DNA of 64,000 nucleotides from a virus. Below the pieces are notes generated by a model, which saw only the letters and a list, made by a program, of their open reading frames with translations, searched no databases and was not told where the DNA came from. Location of the stretch: IMG/VR virus record IMGVR_UViG_3300020055_000012, positions 15,405-79,404 of that record; one strand, given 5' to 3'. This document shows, piece after piece, positions 21,718 to 30,248 of this stretch. Each line of letters begins with the position of its first letter. Positions within the stretch are counted from its first letter, which is position 1. The position numbers and the translations under genes were made by a program.

Positions 21718-23127
21718 CTATTTTTTCTTTTTAGATTTTGATTTTCTTGCTTTTGATTTTTTTGCTTTTGCCCACAAATCAGCATCTGCTTTTCTTGCTC
21801 CACCACTACCCGTTATAAATGAGTTTACTCTACCCATAGCCCAAGCACTTTGAGGAGTTCCGGGTCTGTGACCTGAATTCCAAGCTGCCATACCTCTACT
21901 GTGAACTTGCTTTAAAATTGTTTTAGATATACCAGAAGCTTTTGCTTTGTTAGCAAGAGTTTTATCGGTAGAAGACTTTTTGTTTTCATCTAACTCTTCA
22001 GATTCTCCATACATTTTTTTGTAAGCTTTAGTAGCTGCAGATTCTTTTGTTTTATATCTTTTTCCTAGTCCACCCTTACCAGATTTATAGTCTGCATCCC
22101 ATTGAGACTTATAAACATCCTTACCAGAATATTTATCTATCTCTTTTTTCATTGCAGATTTATTTTTTGTTAAATATTTTGCAGGCACTTTTTTTCCTGA
22201 AGCGCTTCTTTCTGATTTTGCTCTTTTTTTACGCTCATTTAGCAATTCTTCATTTTCTATAAAAGCCCTTAAAGTTTCATATATTACATTACTAATATTT
22301 GATTTATCTTCTAAATTTGTTTTATATATTTTTAACTTTAAATCTTTATTTCCTTTAATTATTCTATGATATCTACCAGACTCTATAAGAATAGGATTTT
22401 CTGGCTCTATACTTTGAGGAACGTTATTGTCAAATTGTATTTTCCAATCAGTTTCATGTAAAGGAAAAACTATTCTATCCTCCCTATCTCTATGCCAAAC
22501 CAATTCAATATCATCTGTTGATTCATAAAAAGTTCTAACTATATATTTTTCATCCTTTTGTTCAGAATAAGGTTTACTAACATCTACTAAAAAATTATTA
22601 TCATTTAAAAAGTTTTTACCAATTAAAACAGGATATTCCATATTAGACCTATTGTTTAATGTAAATTCAGATTCATAATTATTATCTCCTATATTAAACT
22701 TTAAAACAACACAATATCTTTTATTTTTTATACCATTTGAGCTTTTAACAGTTTTTATTTTATAATCATCGAAAGTTATTTCTTCTGGATGGTCTAACAA
22801 CATACAATTCAAAACGCCATCTTTAACATAAAAGTTAGTACAATGAATAGAGTTAGTTACCGCCCCAGTATCTACTTTAGAGTTTGTGTTTTTGGAACTA
22901 AAATCAAAAACAAGAGGCAAATTACTACCAATTACATTTTTAATTGTTGTATCATCTTCAACAGTAAATTGATTTTCTTCTTTCCACTTATTTAAAGAAA
23001 TCATATCAAAGTCTTTTAAGTTTGAATCATAACCACATTTATGACATAAGTAAGGCTTGTCGTCTGACTTTTCTACCTCCCAGCTCCAACTACAATTTGG
23101 ACATTCTATTTCTTTTAAAAAACTCAT
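21718..23127 (-). CDS. Multidomain protein: Zn ribbon + retropepsin-like (RimK-associated) protease + cupin-like + basic C-terminal domain
   Basis: CPNC..CHKC; KVDTGA...RSNMEYPVLIG; WHRDREDR...YHRI; RGMAAWNSGHRPG..WAMGRVNSF. Confidence 0.6.
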   Translation of the reverse strand: MSFLKEIECPNCSWSWEVEKSDDKPYLCHKCGYDSNLKDFDMISLNKWKEENQFTVEDDTTIKNVIGSNLPLVFDFSSKNTNSKVDTGAVTNSIHCTNFYVKDGVLNCMLLDHPEEITFDDYKIKTVKSSNGIKNKRYCVVLKFNIGDNNYESEFTLNNRSNMEYPVLIGKNFLNDNNFLVDVSKPYSEQKDEKYIVRTFYESTDDIELVWHRDREDRIVFPLHETDWKIQFDNNVPQSIEPENPILIESGRYHRIIKGNKDLKLKIYKTNLEDKSNISNVIYETLRAFIENEELLNERKKRAKSERSASGKKVPAKYLTKNKSAMKKEIDKYSGKDVYKSQWDADYKSGKGGLGKRYKTKESAATKAYKKMYGESEELDENKKSSTDKTLANKAKASGISKTILKQVHSRGMAAWNSGHRPGTPQSAWAMGRVNSFITGSGGARKADADLWAKAKKSKARKSKSKKKK

Positions 23128-23135
23128 ATCATTAA

Positions 23136-24302
23136 TTAAATATTATCATAATAAGTGTCAGGGTCATAATTTGGGTCTAATTTAAAACCAAGAACAACAC
23201 AATCAACTGTTCCACAAAACTTACTCATTCCCATAATGCTTATTGATGATAAAACTCTATTTGCATAAGAAAAGTGAGGTCCTCCACCATAACCATACCA
23301 TTGACCATCACTTTGAAGTTTAAAAAGTAAACTATTTATACAACCACTATATTCAGCAACTTGTACCTCAGTTATGTAATCGCCTTCAGCTATGTCAATC
23401 ACTATTGGTTCTGCTCCACCATTAGGACCGCCAATTCTACCTGATGTTGTTGTTCCATCAGGCCCCATACCTTCATCGTAGATAACCTCCATTGAGTCTA
23501 TCATGTTTCCATGCCATAATTTTATTGTTCTAGGGAAACCTTCAGGTGTATCCACAATTTTAAAAGGATTGTCATCTGAAGTGCCAACAGCATTAGAATA
23601 GATTTCTCTTGGTGGCGGTATAATAGAGGAGTCCATATCAGGATAAACGCTACAATCATAATAAGGCCAAACATCAACAAAATCTAATACAGGACCAGTC
23701 ATTCCCCTAACAAAGTTATTAAGAGTATTAAAAGGTTCTGTTTTATGTTGGTTTTGTTTTGTTTTGTTTGCTAAATCATTATAGTAATCGTTATATGTTG
23801 ACATAGTATAACCACTGTAATCATTAATTGTATTTGTCAATCTCTCTTGTACATGATTAATAGTTTCTTCACCCCAATTCCAATTTTTCCCATTTAAAAC
23901 ACCATCTCTAAGTATTGCAATATGCATATTTGCCATTTGAGAGAATAAAGGCAGTAATAAAAGTTCATATCCTTCTGATTGAAAATGAGGCAATTGCTGC
24001 ATTATATCAGAATCTAACTCATTCCATTTTTGTTCAGTATAAGAAATAGTATCTCCACTATTAAGAGACCAGATGTATTCACTAAGATTATTATTTAAAC
24101 CTGTTAAATCTTCAGAAACTTGTTGATAAACTAAATCGCTTATTTTTTCATCAATAAGCTGTTCTACTTGTTGTTTTATTTCGCCCCAAATATCTTTTTC
24201 AGACTCAGGCCATAAACAATCTAACATAACTTCTAATGGGCCGCCAGCAACTTTTTCTACACCCATCAACATTGTCATTCTTAAAAAATCGTTTAAAGTC
24301 AT
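23136..24302 (-). CDS. Cry delta-endotoxin N-terminal-like domain + jacalin-like lectin protein
   Basis: LWP...IW..IKQQVEQLIDEKI, LLLPLFSQMANMHIAILRDGV..G..W, FVRGMT..VLDFV..WP.YD; C-terminal IDSM...RIGG.NGG...DYITEV. Confidence 0.75.
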   Translation of the reverse strand: MTLNDFLRMTMLMGVEKVAGGPLEVMLDCLWPESEKDIWGEIKQQVEQLIDEKISDLVYQQVSEDLTGLNNNLSEYIWSLNSGDTISYTEQKWNELDSDIMQQLPHFQSEGYELLLLPLFSQMANMHIAILRDGVLNGKNWNWGEETINHVQERLTNTINDYSGYTMSTYNDYYNDLANKTKQNQHKTEPFNTLNNFVRGMTGPVLDFVDVWPYYDCSVYPDMDSSIIPPPREIYSNAVGTSDDNPFKIVDTPEGFPRTIKLWHGNMIDSMEVIYDEGMGPDGTTTSGRIGGPNGGAEPIVIDIAEGDYITEVQVAEYSGCINSLLFKLQSDGQWYGYGGGPHFSYANRVLSSISIMGMSKFCGTVDCVVLGFKLDPNYDPDTYYDNI

Positions 24303-24314
24303 AGTTTTTAATTT

Positions 24315-24938
24315 TTACCACCATTTTCCTCCACCGCTTAATCCTAACATCTTAGCATATCTTGGAAGTCTACAAGACCAGTAACCAGGAGTTGTTTTAT
24401 CGTTTTTACTTTCACAATTGTGTCTATCTGCAAATCTTTTTCTTGCTTTTGGGTCTTTAAGCTTTACTGCCAAATTTCTTCCTCCATCTTTAGCTCCAAA
24501 AGAAACTTTAACTATTTTTTTTGTTTTAGGGTCTCTTACATAAACATAAAACTTCTTAGAGCCACCTCTTGATGGTTTGCCTAATTTTACCTTTTTACCT
24601 TTATATTTTGCTTCACTAATAGTTTCTTCTTCAATCTCTGGAAATGGTAAATCTAAAAACACCATTTTACCCTCAAAAAAATCAACTTTACCAGCATCAG
24701 TTTTTATTATTTCTTCATCATCTTTACACAAATAAATTAAGTCTTTTTCAAATAAATTTCTTACTTCATTTATTAAATCTAAATGACTTTGAGAAGAATA
24801 TCTAAAAACGCTATTAGACACATTTATTTTATTGTCTAAATGATATTTTAAATTCTCACTAATTAAAGTTTTTGATTCTTTTAAAATATCAATTTGATAT
24901 AATTCAGATAAAAATGTTTTTTTAATAAAATCGTTCAC
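24315..24938 (-). CDS. Conserved phage hypothetical protein
   Basis: EAKYKGKKVKLGKP.RGGSKKFYVYV...RFADRHNC...GYWSC motif. Confidence 0.55.
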   Translation of the reverse strand: MNDFIKKTFLSELYQIDILKESKTLISENLKYHLDNKINVSNSVFRYSSQSHLDLINEVRNLFEKDLIYLCKDDEEIIKTDAGKVDFFEGKMVFLDLPFPEIEEETISEAKYKGKKVKLGKPSRGGSKKFYVYVRDPKTKKIVKVSFGAKDGGRNLAVKLKDPKARKRFADRHNCESKNDKTTPGYWSCRLPRYAKMLGLSGGGKWW

Positions 24939-24965
24939 AATATTATTTTTATAATAGTAAATAGT

Positions 24966-25427
24966 CTATAATCTTCCGTTACGTTTAAATTTTTTCCAAT
25001 TTTGTAACTTTTTCATTTTCCTATAATCTTTAGACTTTTTTGTTATTTCAGTAGGAGTAAATATATTTCCAACTCTATCTTCATATTCATCATCAAACCA
25101 AAAAATACCATTGTCTGGGTCATAGTGTTTATTAAAGTCTGGATTTTGAAATATTCTATTAAATATATCTGTATATATAGTAGAAGCTTTTGTTGGAGAA
25201 CCCGGTCCAGGCCCAACATTTTCATTAACTGATTTTGACTTTTTCTTAGATTGACAATGTGCTCTTTGACTAAATCCTTTAGGATTATTACAATTTATGG
25301 AATCTTTATATTTTTTACTCCAAGCTTCTTCTACTTCTGAAGATTCTAAATCTTCTTCCTCTAAATAAGTTTCTTCTAAGAAAACTTCTAACATTACTTC
25401 CCTAACTATGTTTCTGATATATTTCAT
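24966..25427 (-). CDS. Hypothetical protein, probable internal head protein
   Basis: N-terminal IRNIVRE helix; EAWSKKYKDSINCNNPKGFSQRAHC motif. Confidence 0.5.
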   Translation of the reverse strand: MKYIRNIVREVMLEVFLEETYLEEEDLESSEVEEAWSKKYKDSINCNNPKGFSQRAHCQSKKKSKSVNENVGPGPGSPTKASTIYTDIFNRIFQNPDFNKHYDPDNGIFWFDDEYEDRVGNIFTPTEITKKSKDYRKMKKLQNWKKFKRNGRL

Positions 25428-25807
25428 TCTTCTTTATATTCGATTTTAATATATCCATCTTCTATTTTAACGCTAAAGTTAGATGGGCACAAGTTTTCTA
25501 AATATGTTTTATATACTTTTAAAGGGTGTTCTTTATAGTTTATATTTTGGTTTACTTCTATCTGTCTTATTTTTGGACCCTTTTTCTCCTTAGGTTTTTC
25601 CCACTTTACAATATTTGATTTTTTAGAATTTTTTAAAAAATCTACTTCATTAGTAAAACTCCAAACTTTAGAACCTTTTTCTCTTTTATAGTAAGTATCT
25701 CCACCTATATCTCTTACTTGATATTCGTATTCTGCTCTAGACTTTTTTTCTTCTAAAATACCGCCCAATACAGCAAGTCTTGATTTATATGTTTCTGATA
25801 AATTCAA
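25424..25807 (-). CDS. Hypothetical protein with LSETYKSRLAVLGGI motif
   Basis: ORF track; shared motif. Confidence 0.5.
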   Translation of the reverse strand: MNLSETYKSRLAVLGGILEEKKSRAEYEYQVRDIGGDTYYKREKGSKVWSFTNEVDFLKNSKKSNIVKWEKPKEKKGPKIRQIEVNQNINYKEHPLKVYKTYLENLCPSNFSVKIEDGYIKIEYKEE

Positions 25808-25882
25808 ACTATTTAAATATATATTTAATATAAATATTAGTAAACTTTACTTTTATGATTATTAAATTAAATTGTAAGGGCA

Positions 25883-26173
25883 ATGCACTCTAGAACTCAA
25901 ATAATAAAAAACCAAAAAGAGTTTTCTTATAATATAAAAAAGGGTCTGAAAAATGATTTTTATAATTCAAAAAAAGAATTAAATCAAATTAATACTAAAG
26001 ACACATATATATTAAATGAGATAAAAAGTTTGGGGAATAAATTTGAAAAAATAAAAATAGATAAAGAGATAGATTCTTTTTTTATAAACGAAAAAAATAT
26101 ATACCCTAAATTTTATGCATGGTGGGACGAAAAAAATGAAAAAGTAGAAATATTCTTATATGAGACCAGATAG
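25883..26173 (+). CDS. Hypothetical protein
   Basis: ORF track. Confidence 0.45.
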   Translation: MHSRTQIIKNQKEFSYNIKKGLKNDFYNSKKELNQINTKDTYILNEIKSLGNKFEKIKIDKEIDSFFINEKNIYPKFYAWWDEKNEKVEIFLYETR

Positions 26174-26609
26174 AAAAAACACAAAAACAATTCTAATTGA
26201 TTTAGGATACAAAGGTTCAGCTAATGAGTTCGAAGAATTTTATGGATATACTGTAACTTATCAAGAGCTGGAGCAACAAAGTTATATAGAGTTTAAAAGT
26301 ATAATGTTTGAACAGATTAATAAAAAGATAAAATTTAGAAAAGATAGTAGAGTTGGACCTATACTAACAATAAAAGCAAACATGTATGAAAAAGAAATTG
26401 AAAAGTTTGAAGAATTAATCAATAATAATAAGATTGAGACTATTTATGGTTGGGTAGTTAAAGATGTTACCCTAATAACTGATAAAGAAGAAAAAACTAA
26501 AAAAGAATTTTCTTATGAAGATGAATTAGAATCAGACTCATTTGAAAATGAAAGCATTATAGAAACAGAAGATTTAGAGAATGTTGACATAAATTCAGAT
26601 ATAGATTAA
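26160..26609 (+). CDS. Hypothetical protein with acidic C-terminus
   Basis: ORF track. Confidence 0.5.
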   Translation: MRPDRKNTKTILIDLGYKGSANEFEEFYGYTVTYQELEQQSYIEFKSIMFEQINKKIKFRKDSRVGPILTIKANMYEKEIEKFEELINNNKIETIYGWVVKDVTLITDKEEKTKKEFSYEDELESDSFENESIIETEDLENVDINSDID

Positions 26610-26620
26610 AAATAATAATT

Positions 26621-27316
26621 ATGAGCGATAAAGGAAACGTTAAAAAAGAAATGTTAGAAAGATTTAAAGAGATGGGAATACCAACTCCAATGGAACCTAT
26701 TGCAAACCCGCAAAGCAAACCTTCAGACCCAGAAAAAGCTGCTAAATTAGATGAAATAAGAAATGGAGGCTTAAGAGGTAATTTTGCAAAATTTATAGAA
26801 AAGTCAGAAAAAACTTCTGCTTTTCCAAGTTCAATACCAGTTCCAAAAGTTGGAAAAAATCCTAATGAAAAACCTTCAGAATCACCTAGCTTACAATCTT
26901 TTGCTCCAAAATCAAATTCACAAGCTTCAATGATTGAAAGTATGATGTTCGGAGATTCTACACCAAGCAGCAGTAGCTACAATGACTCTTCTGAGGTTGG
27001 AGATTTTGGACCTACAAGTGTAGATACTAGAGCTAAACTACAACAAAGGCTTAGACAAAAACAGCAAGAAGTTCAAAATAATGTTTACAATCAAGAAGTT
27101 GCATCAACAAGTTTAACAGAATCTGAACTTGAAGAAAAAATAGTTAGTATTTCAAAAGAAGTTTCTAAAAAAATGATAAAATCTGTTCTTTTAGAGTTTT
27201 CTAAATCAAGCGGAGGATTAATAATAGAAAGTAAAAATGTAAAAAAAGCAGAAGTTGTAGGAAGAAACAAAGTTAAAATTGACGGAAAAACTTATAAATT
27301 AACTTTAGATAAGTAA
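26621..27316 (+). CDS. Hypothetical protein
   Basis: ORF track; TAATG coupling to next gene. Confidence 0.55.
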   Translation: MSDKGNVKKEMLERFKEMGIPTPMEPIANPQSKPSDPEKAAKLDEIRNGGLRGNFAKFIEKSEKTSAFPSSIPVPKVGKNPNEKPSESPSLQSFAPKSNSQASMIESMMFGDSTPSSSSYNDSSEVGDFGPTSVDTRAKLQQRLRQKQQEVQNNVYNQEVASTSLTESELEEKIVSISKEVSKKMIKSVLLEFSKSSGGLIIESKNVKKAEVVGRNKVKIDGKTYKLTLDK

Positions 27317-27735
27317 TGTCAAATTCAAATTACAAAATAAGCACAGAGTTAATAAAAGACAAATCTCTAGTTATAGTTGAAATAGCATATAAAGATGATT
27401 TTACTAATGATAAATACACATTAAAAGGCTGGGTTAATGATAATATTATAAATTTTAAAATATTAAAAAATAACAAACAAAATCTCAACGAGTCAAAATT
27501 TTACTCTGATAATACTAGTAATAAATTTATAGAACAACTTTCAAAAAGTGTAAATGACTATGATTTTATTGAAGACTTTAAAAAACATCATTTAATCAAT
27601 TTTTCAAAAGAAATTAATGAGCACATTCAAAAAGTTAATAGCTCAATGATATCTAACGGGAAATTGTTTGAAGGTTATAAAAATAAAATGAGAGAAATGT
27701 CTGGCATAATTTCGCCGAATAAAAACATAAGATAA
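27316..27735 (+). CDS. Hypothetical protein with LFEGYKNKMREMSGI motif
   Basis: ORF track; shared motif. Confidence 0.5.
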   Translation: MSNSNYKISTELIKDKSLVIVEIAYKDDFTNDKYTLKGWVNDNIINFKILKNNKQNLNESKFYSDNTSNKFIEQLSKSVNDYDFIEDFKKHHLINFSKEINEHIQKVNSSMISNGKLFEGYKNKMREMSGIISPNKNIR

Positions 27736-27783
27736 TGTTAGTGCAAAAAGGTGCTAAAACAAATAAACAAATAAATAAATAAA

Positions 27784-28674
27784 ATGTTACTAAAAAAAGG
27801 AAGCAAAGGACAAGAAGTTAAATTACTTCAAGAATTTCTAAAAATAGGAGCTGATGGTATTTTTGGAAAAGGAACTGAAGCTGCTGTTAAATCTTGGCAA
27901 TCAAACAACAACTTGGTTGCAGATGGAATTGTGGGTTCAAAAACTTGGTCAGCTATGGGTCTTGATGAGCTGGTTACAACAGATAATTCAGAAAGATTTA
28001 TTGAGCTACCAGAAGGTTTAGTTATTGAGCAATACTTTTTGCCAAAAGGAGAATATAAAAATGGACCAACAAATAAAGAGTACTTATTTTTACACCACAC
28101 AGCTGGTTGGCATAATCCATACAAAGTTATAGATTCTTGGGGTAGAGATTCTAGAGGTGCTGTAGCTACTGAATTTGTTTTAGGTGGACAGTCAGTAAAA
28201 GGAAATGATACTAAATACGATGGAAAATTGCTACAATGTTTTCCTGAAGGTGCTTATGGTTGGCATTTAGGCAAAAACGGTTCTCAACACATGCACACTC
28301 ATTCAGTAGGAATAGAAGTGTGTAATTTTGGTTATGTTAAAGATGGGAAAACATATGCAGGAACTTCCGTTGCAGATTCTGAAATAGTTACTTTACCAGA
28401 ATCGTTTAGAGGTCACAAAACTTGGCATAGATATTCAGATACACAAATAGAAGTTTTACGTAAATGGATTCTTTATATTGCAGAGAGAGACAATATAGAT
28501 GTTAGAGCTGGTCTTGTTGAAGAGGTAAGAGCAAAAGGAGCTGCTGGTTTTGAATTTAATGAAGATGCATATTATGGAAAAGTAAAAGGTATGTGGACAC
28601 ACACAAATACTCGTAAAGACAAAGTAGATATGTTTCCACAACCAGAATTGCTAGATATGCTTCTAAGCTTATAA
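27784..28674 (+). CDS. N-acetylmuramoyl-L-alanine amidase with peptidoglycan-binding domain (endolysin)
   Basis: LKKGSKGQEVKLLQ..ADGIFG..T..AV..WQ..L.ADGIVG..TW; LHHTAG, AWH-like YGWH, SVGIEVCN, H..TRKDK.D. Confidence 0.9.
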   Translation: MLLKKGSKGQEVKLLQEFLKIGADGIFGKGTEAAVKSWQSNNNLVADGIVGSKTWSAMGLDELVTTDNSERFIELPEGLVIEQYFLPKGEYKNGPTNKEYLFLHHTAGWHNPYKVIDSWGRDSRGAVATEFVLGGQSVKGNDTKYDGKLLQCFPEGAYGWHLGKNGSQHMHTHSVGIEVCNFGYVKDGKTYAGTSVADSEIVTLPESFRGHKTWHRYSDTQIEVLRKWILYIAERDNIDVRAGLVEEVRAKGAAGFEFNEDAYYGKVKGMWTHTNTRKDKVDMFPQPELLDMLLSL

Positions 28675-28705
28675 TAATTGTTTTTTTATTTCATATTTAT
28701 TATAT

Positions 28706-28909
28706 ATGAAAGGATTTATTGTAATATCTGAATCTACTGGAAAAGAGCTAACCAAAACTCAAGTAAAAAAAATAGTTAAGGATGAGCTGGAAAGAGCTAT
28801 GAAAAAAACTCTTAATAAAGAAGATGTTAGAGATATTGTTAGAGATATGATGATTAAACAATATAAATTCTTTTGGGAGAAAAAAAGCTTTTGGGTAAAT
28901 AATATTTAA
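28706..28909 (+). CDS. Small hypothetical protein
   Basis: ORF track; preceded by TATTTAT. Confidence 0.5.
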   Translation: MKGFIVISESTGKELTKTQVKKIVKDELERAMKKTLNKEDVRDIVRDMMIKQYKFFWEKKSFWVNNI

Positions 28910-28910
28910 A

Positions 28911-29102
28911 ATGAACAAAGAAGATTTAGAAAAATTAATAGACATTGAAGTTTCAAAAGTTTTTTCAGGCAAACCACTAAGAGAACCTGAAAGTAAAACT
29001 GTAGAAAAAGAAGAAGAAATGAACGTATCTAATAATTTTCAAACCAATTTATCAGAAGAAGAATTAGATGAAATATTATTTGGAAAAAAAGAAAAAAAAT
29101 AA
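28911..29102 (+). CDS. Small hypothetical protein
   Basis: ORF track. Confidence 0.5.
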   Translation: MNKEDLEKLIDIEVSKVFSGKPLREPESKTVEKEEEMNVSNNFQTNLSEEELDEILFGKKEKK

Positions 29103-29104
29103 AC

Positions 29105-29629
29105 ATGGCAGCGAAAATAACACAAGCAGAAATAAACGAATTAAAAAAACAGTTTGAAGAAAAAATAGGAAAATATACTGTTGTTTTTGATAAGGATGAA
29201 AATGGAGAAGAAAATTTCAAAGCATGGTTCAGCCCAGTAAAAGATGCTATTTGGTCTGGTAAAGTTCAGTTAGAAAAAGATTATTATATTCACTGGTCTT
29301 TTTCTCTAATAAATGGATTTAAAGTTTTGGAGGCTGTATTTCAAGTAAATGAAGATAACAAAAATATCATATCTATGATAGACAATATCTATAATATATG
29401 GTATGAAAATTTAAACAAAGCTATATTAGCTGATGAAGAGGAGAGTGGAGAAGTTGGAGGAGAAGAGCCTATTCCGCCTGAAGAAGGAGAGTTAGGAGAT
29501 GTAGAAGGAGAGATAGAAGGAGATACAGAAGAAGCTGAAGCACCTTTATCAGAATCTAGAACAAAACTAGGAAGACAAAAAGTAATAAAAGAAAGCAGTG
29601 ATAGAATGAAAAGATTAGCTGGTCTTTAA
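29105..29629 (+). CDS. Acidic hypothetical protein ending IKESSDRMKRLAGL
   Basis: ORF track; shared motif. Confidence 0.55.
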   Translation: MAAKITQAEINELKKQFEEKIGKYTVVFDKDENGEENFKAWFSPVKDAIWSGKVQLEKDYYIHWSFSLINGFKVLEAVFQVNEDNKNIISMIDNIYNIWYENLNKAILADEEESGEVGGEEPIPPEEGELGDVEGEIEGDTEEAEAPLSESRTKLGRQKVIKESSDRMKRLAGL

Positions 29630-29648
29630 TAAAAAGTCCGCAAAAAAC

Positions 29649-29673
29649 AAAAAGCCCCAAAAGGGGCTTTTTT
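29649..29673. terminator. Bidirectional intrinsic terminator
   Basis: AAAAAGCCCC-AAAA-GGGGCTTTTTT between convergent genes. Confidence 0.85.
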
Positions 29674-29749
29674 GTTATACTACCATAAGTACGTTTTGCG
29701 CTCCCGACAATACCTAAAATATTAATCAGACGTACTAAGGATTTATGTA

Positions 29750-30178
29750 TTAATTTTTAACAACTTTCCAACTTTGTAAAGCGCTAGTTTCTACGTCTCT
29801 TGTTGGTTTATAAACTTTAAATGTATATTCTCTACCAGCATTTAAATCAGGATTTCCTTGCATTTCTACATAGTCACCTGTATTTAGGTGTGTACTTTCA
29901 AATCCATCTGTAACAAGAAATAACGCATCCCAAACTCTTTTCAACTTTAAAGTTCTTCCTTCAAAGTTTAATATTAAAATTTCGCCAAGCTTAGTATCAA
30001 AAATATTTCCTTTTTCTTCTGTAGAAACTTCCACATCCTGCATTGCAACTTCATCTTCATTTAGAAATTTTATTTTAGCATTAATCTCTTTAACTCTATT
30101 TTCTAAAATTTCTTTTTTTTGAAATTTAGCCACTGACTCTTTTATTAATTCTTTCAATTCTGATTTAGTAATTTTCAT
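29750..30178 (-). CDS. Hypothetical protein with MKITKSELKELIKES N-terminus
   Basis: ORF track; shared motif. Confidence 0.55.
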   Translation of the reverse strand: MKITKSELKELIKESVAKFQKKEILENRVKEINAKIKFLNEDEVAMQDVEVSTEEKGNIFDTKLGEILILNFEGRTLKLKRVWDALFLVTDGFESTHLNTGDYVEMQGNPDLNAGREYTFKVYKPTRDVETSALQSWKVVKN

Positions 30179-30248
30179 TGTGTTATTACTTATAGTATTT
30201 ATATAATAAATATATGATTTTTTCTTTTTTTTGCTTAAATTGCATATT

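Noticed and set aside
29684-29742. Hammerhead ribozyme (CTGAT.. after a stem on the minus strand)
   Set aside because: Core CUGAUGA and GAAA are not both present
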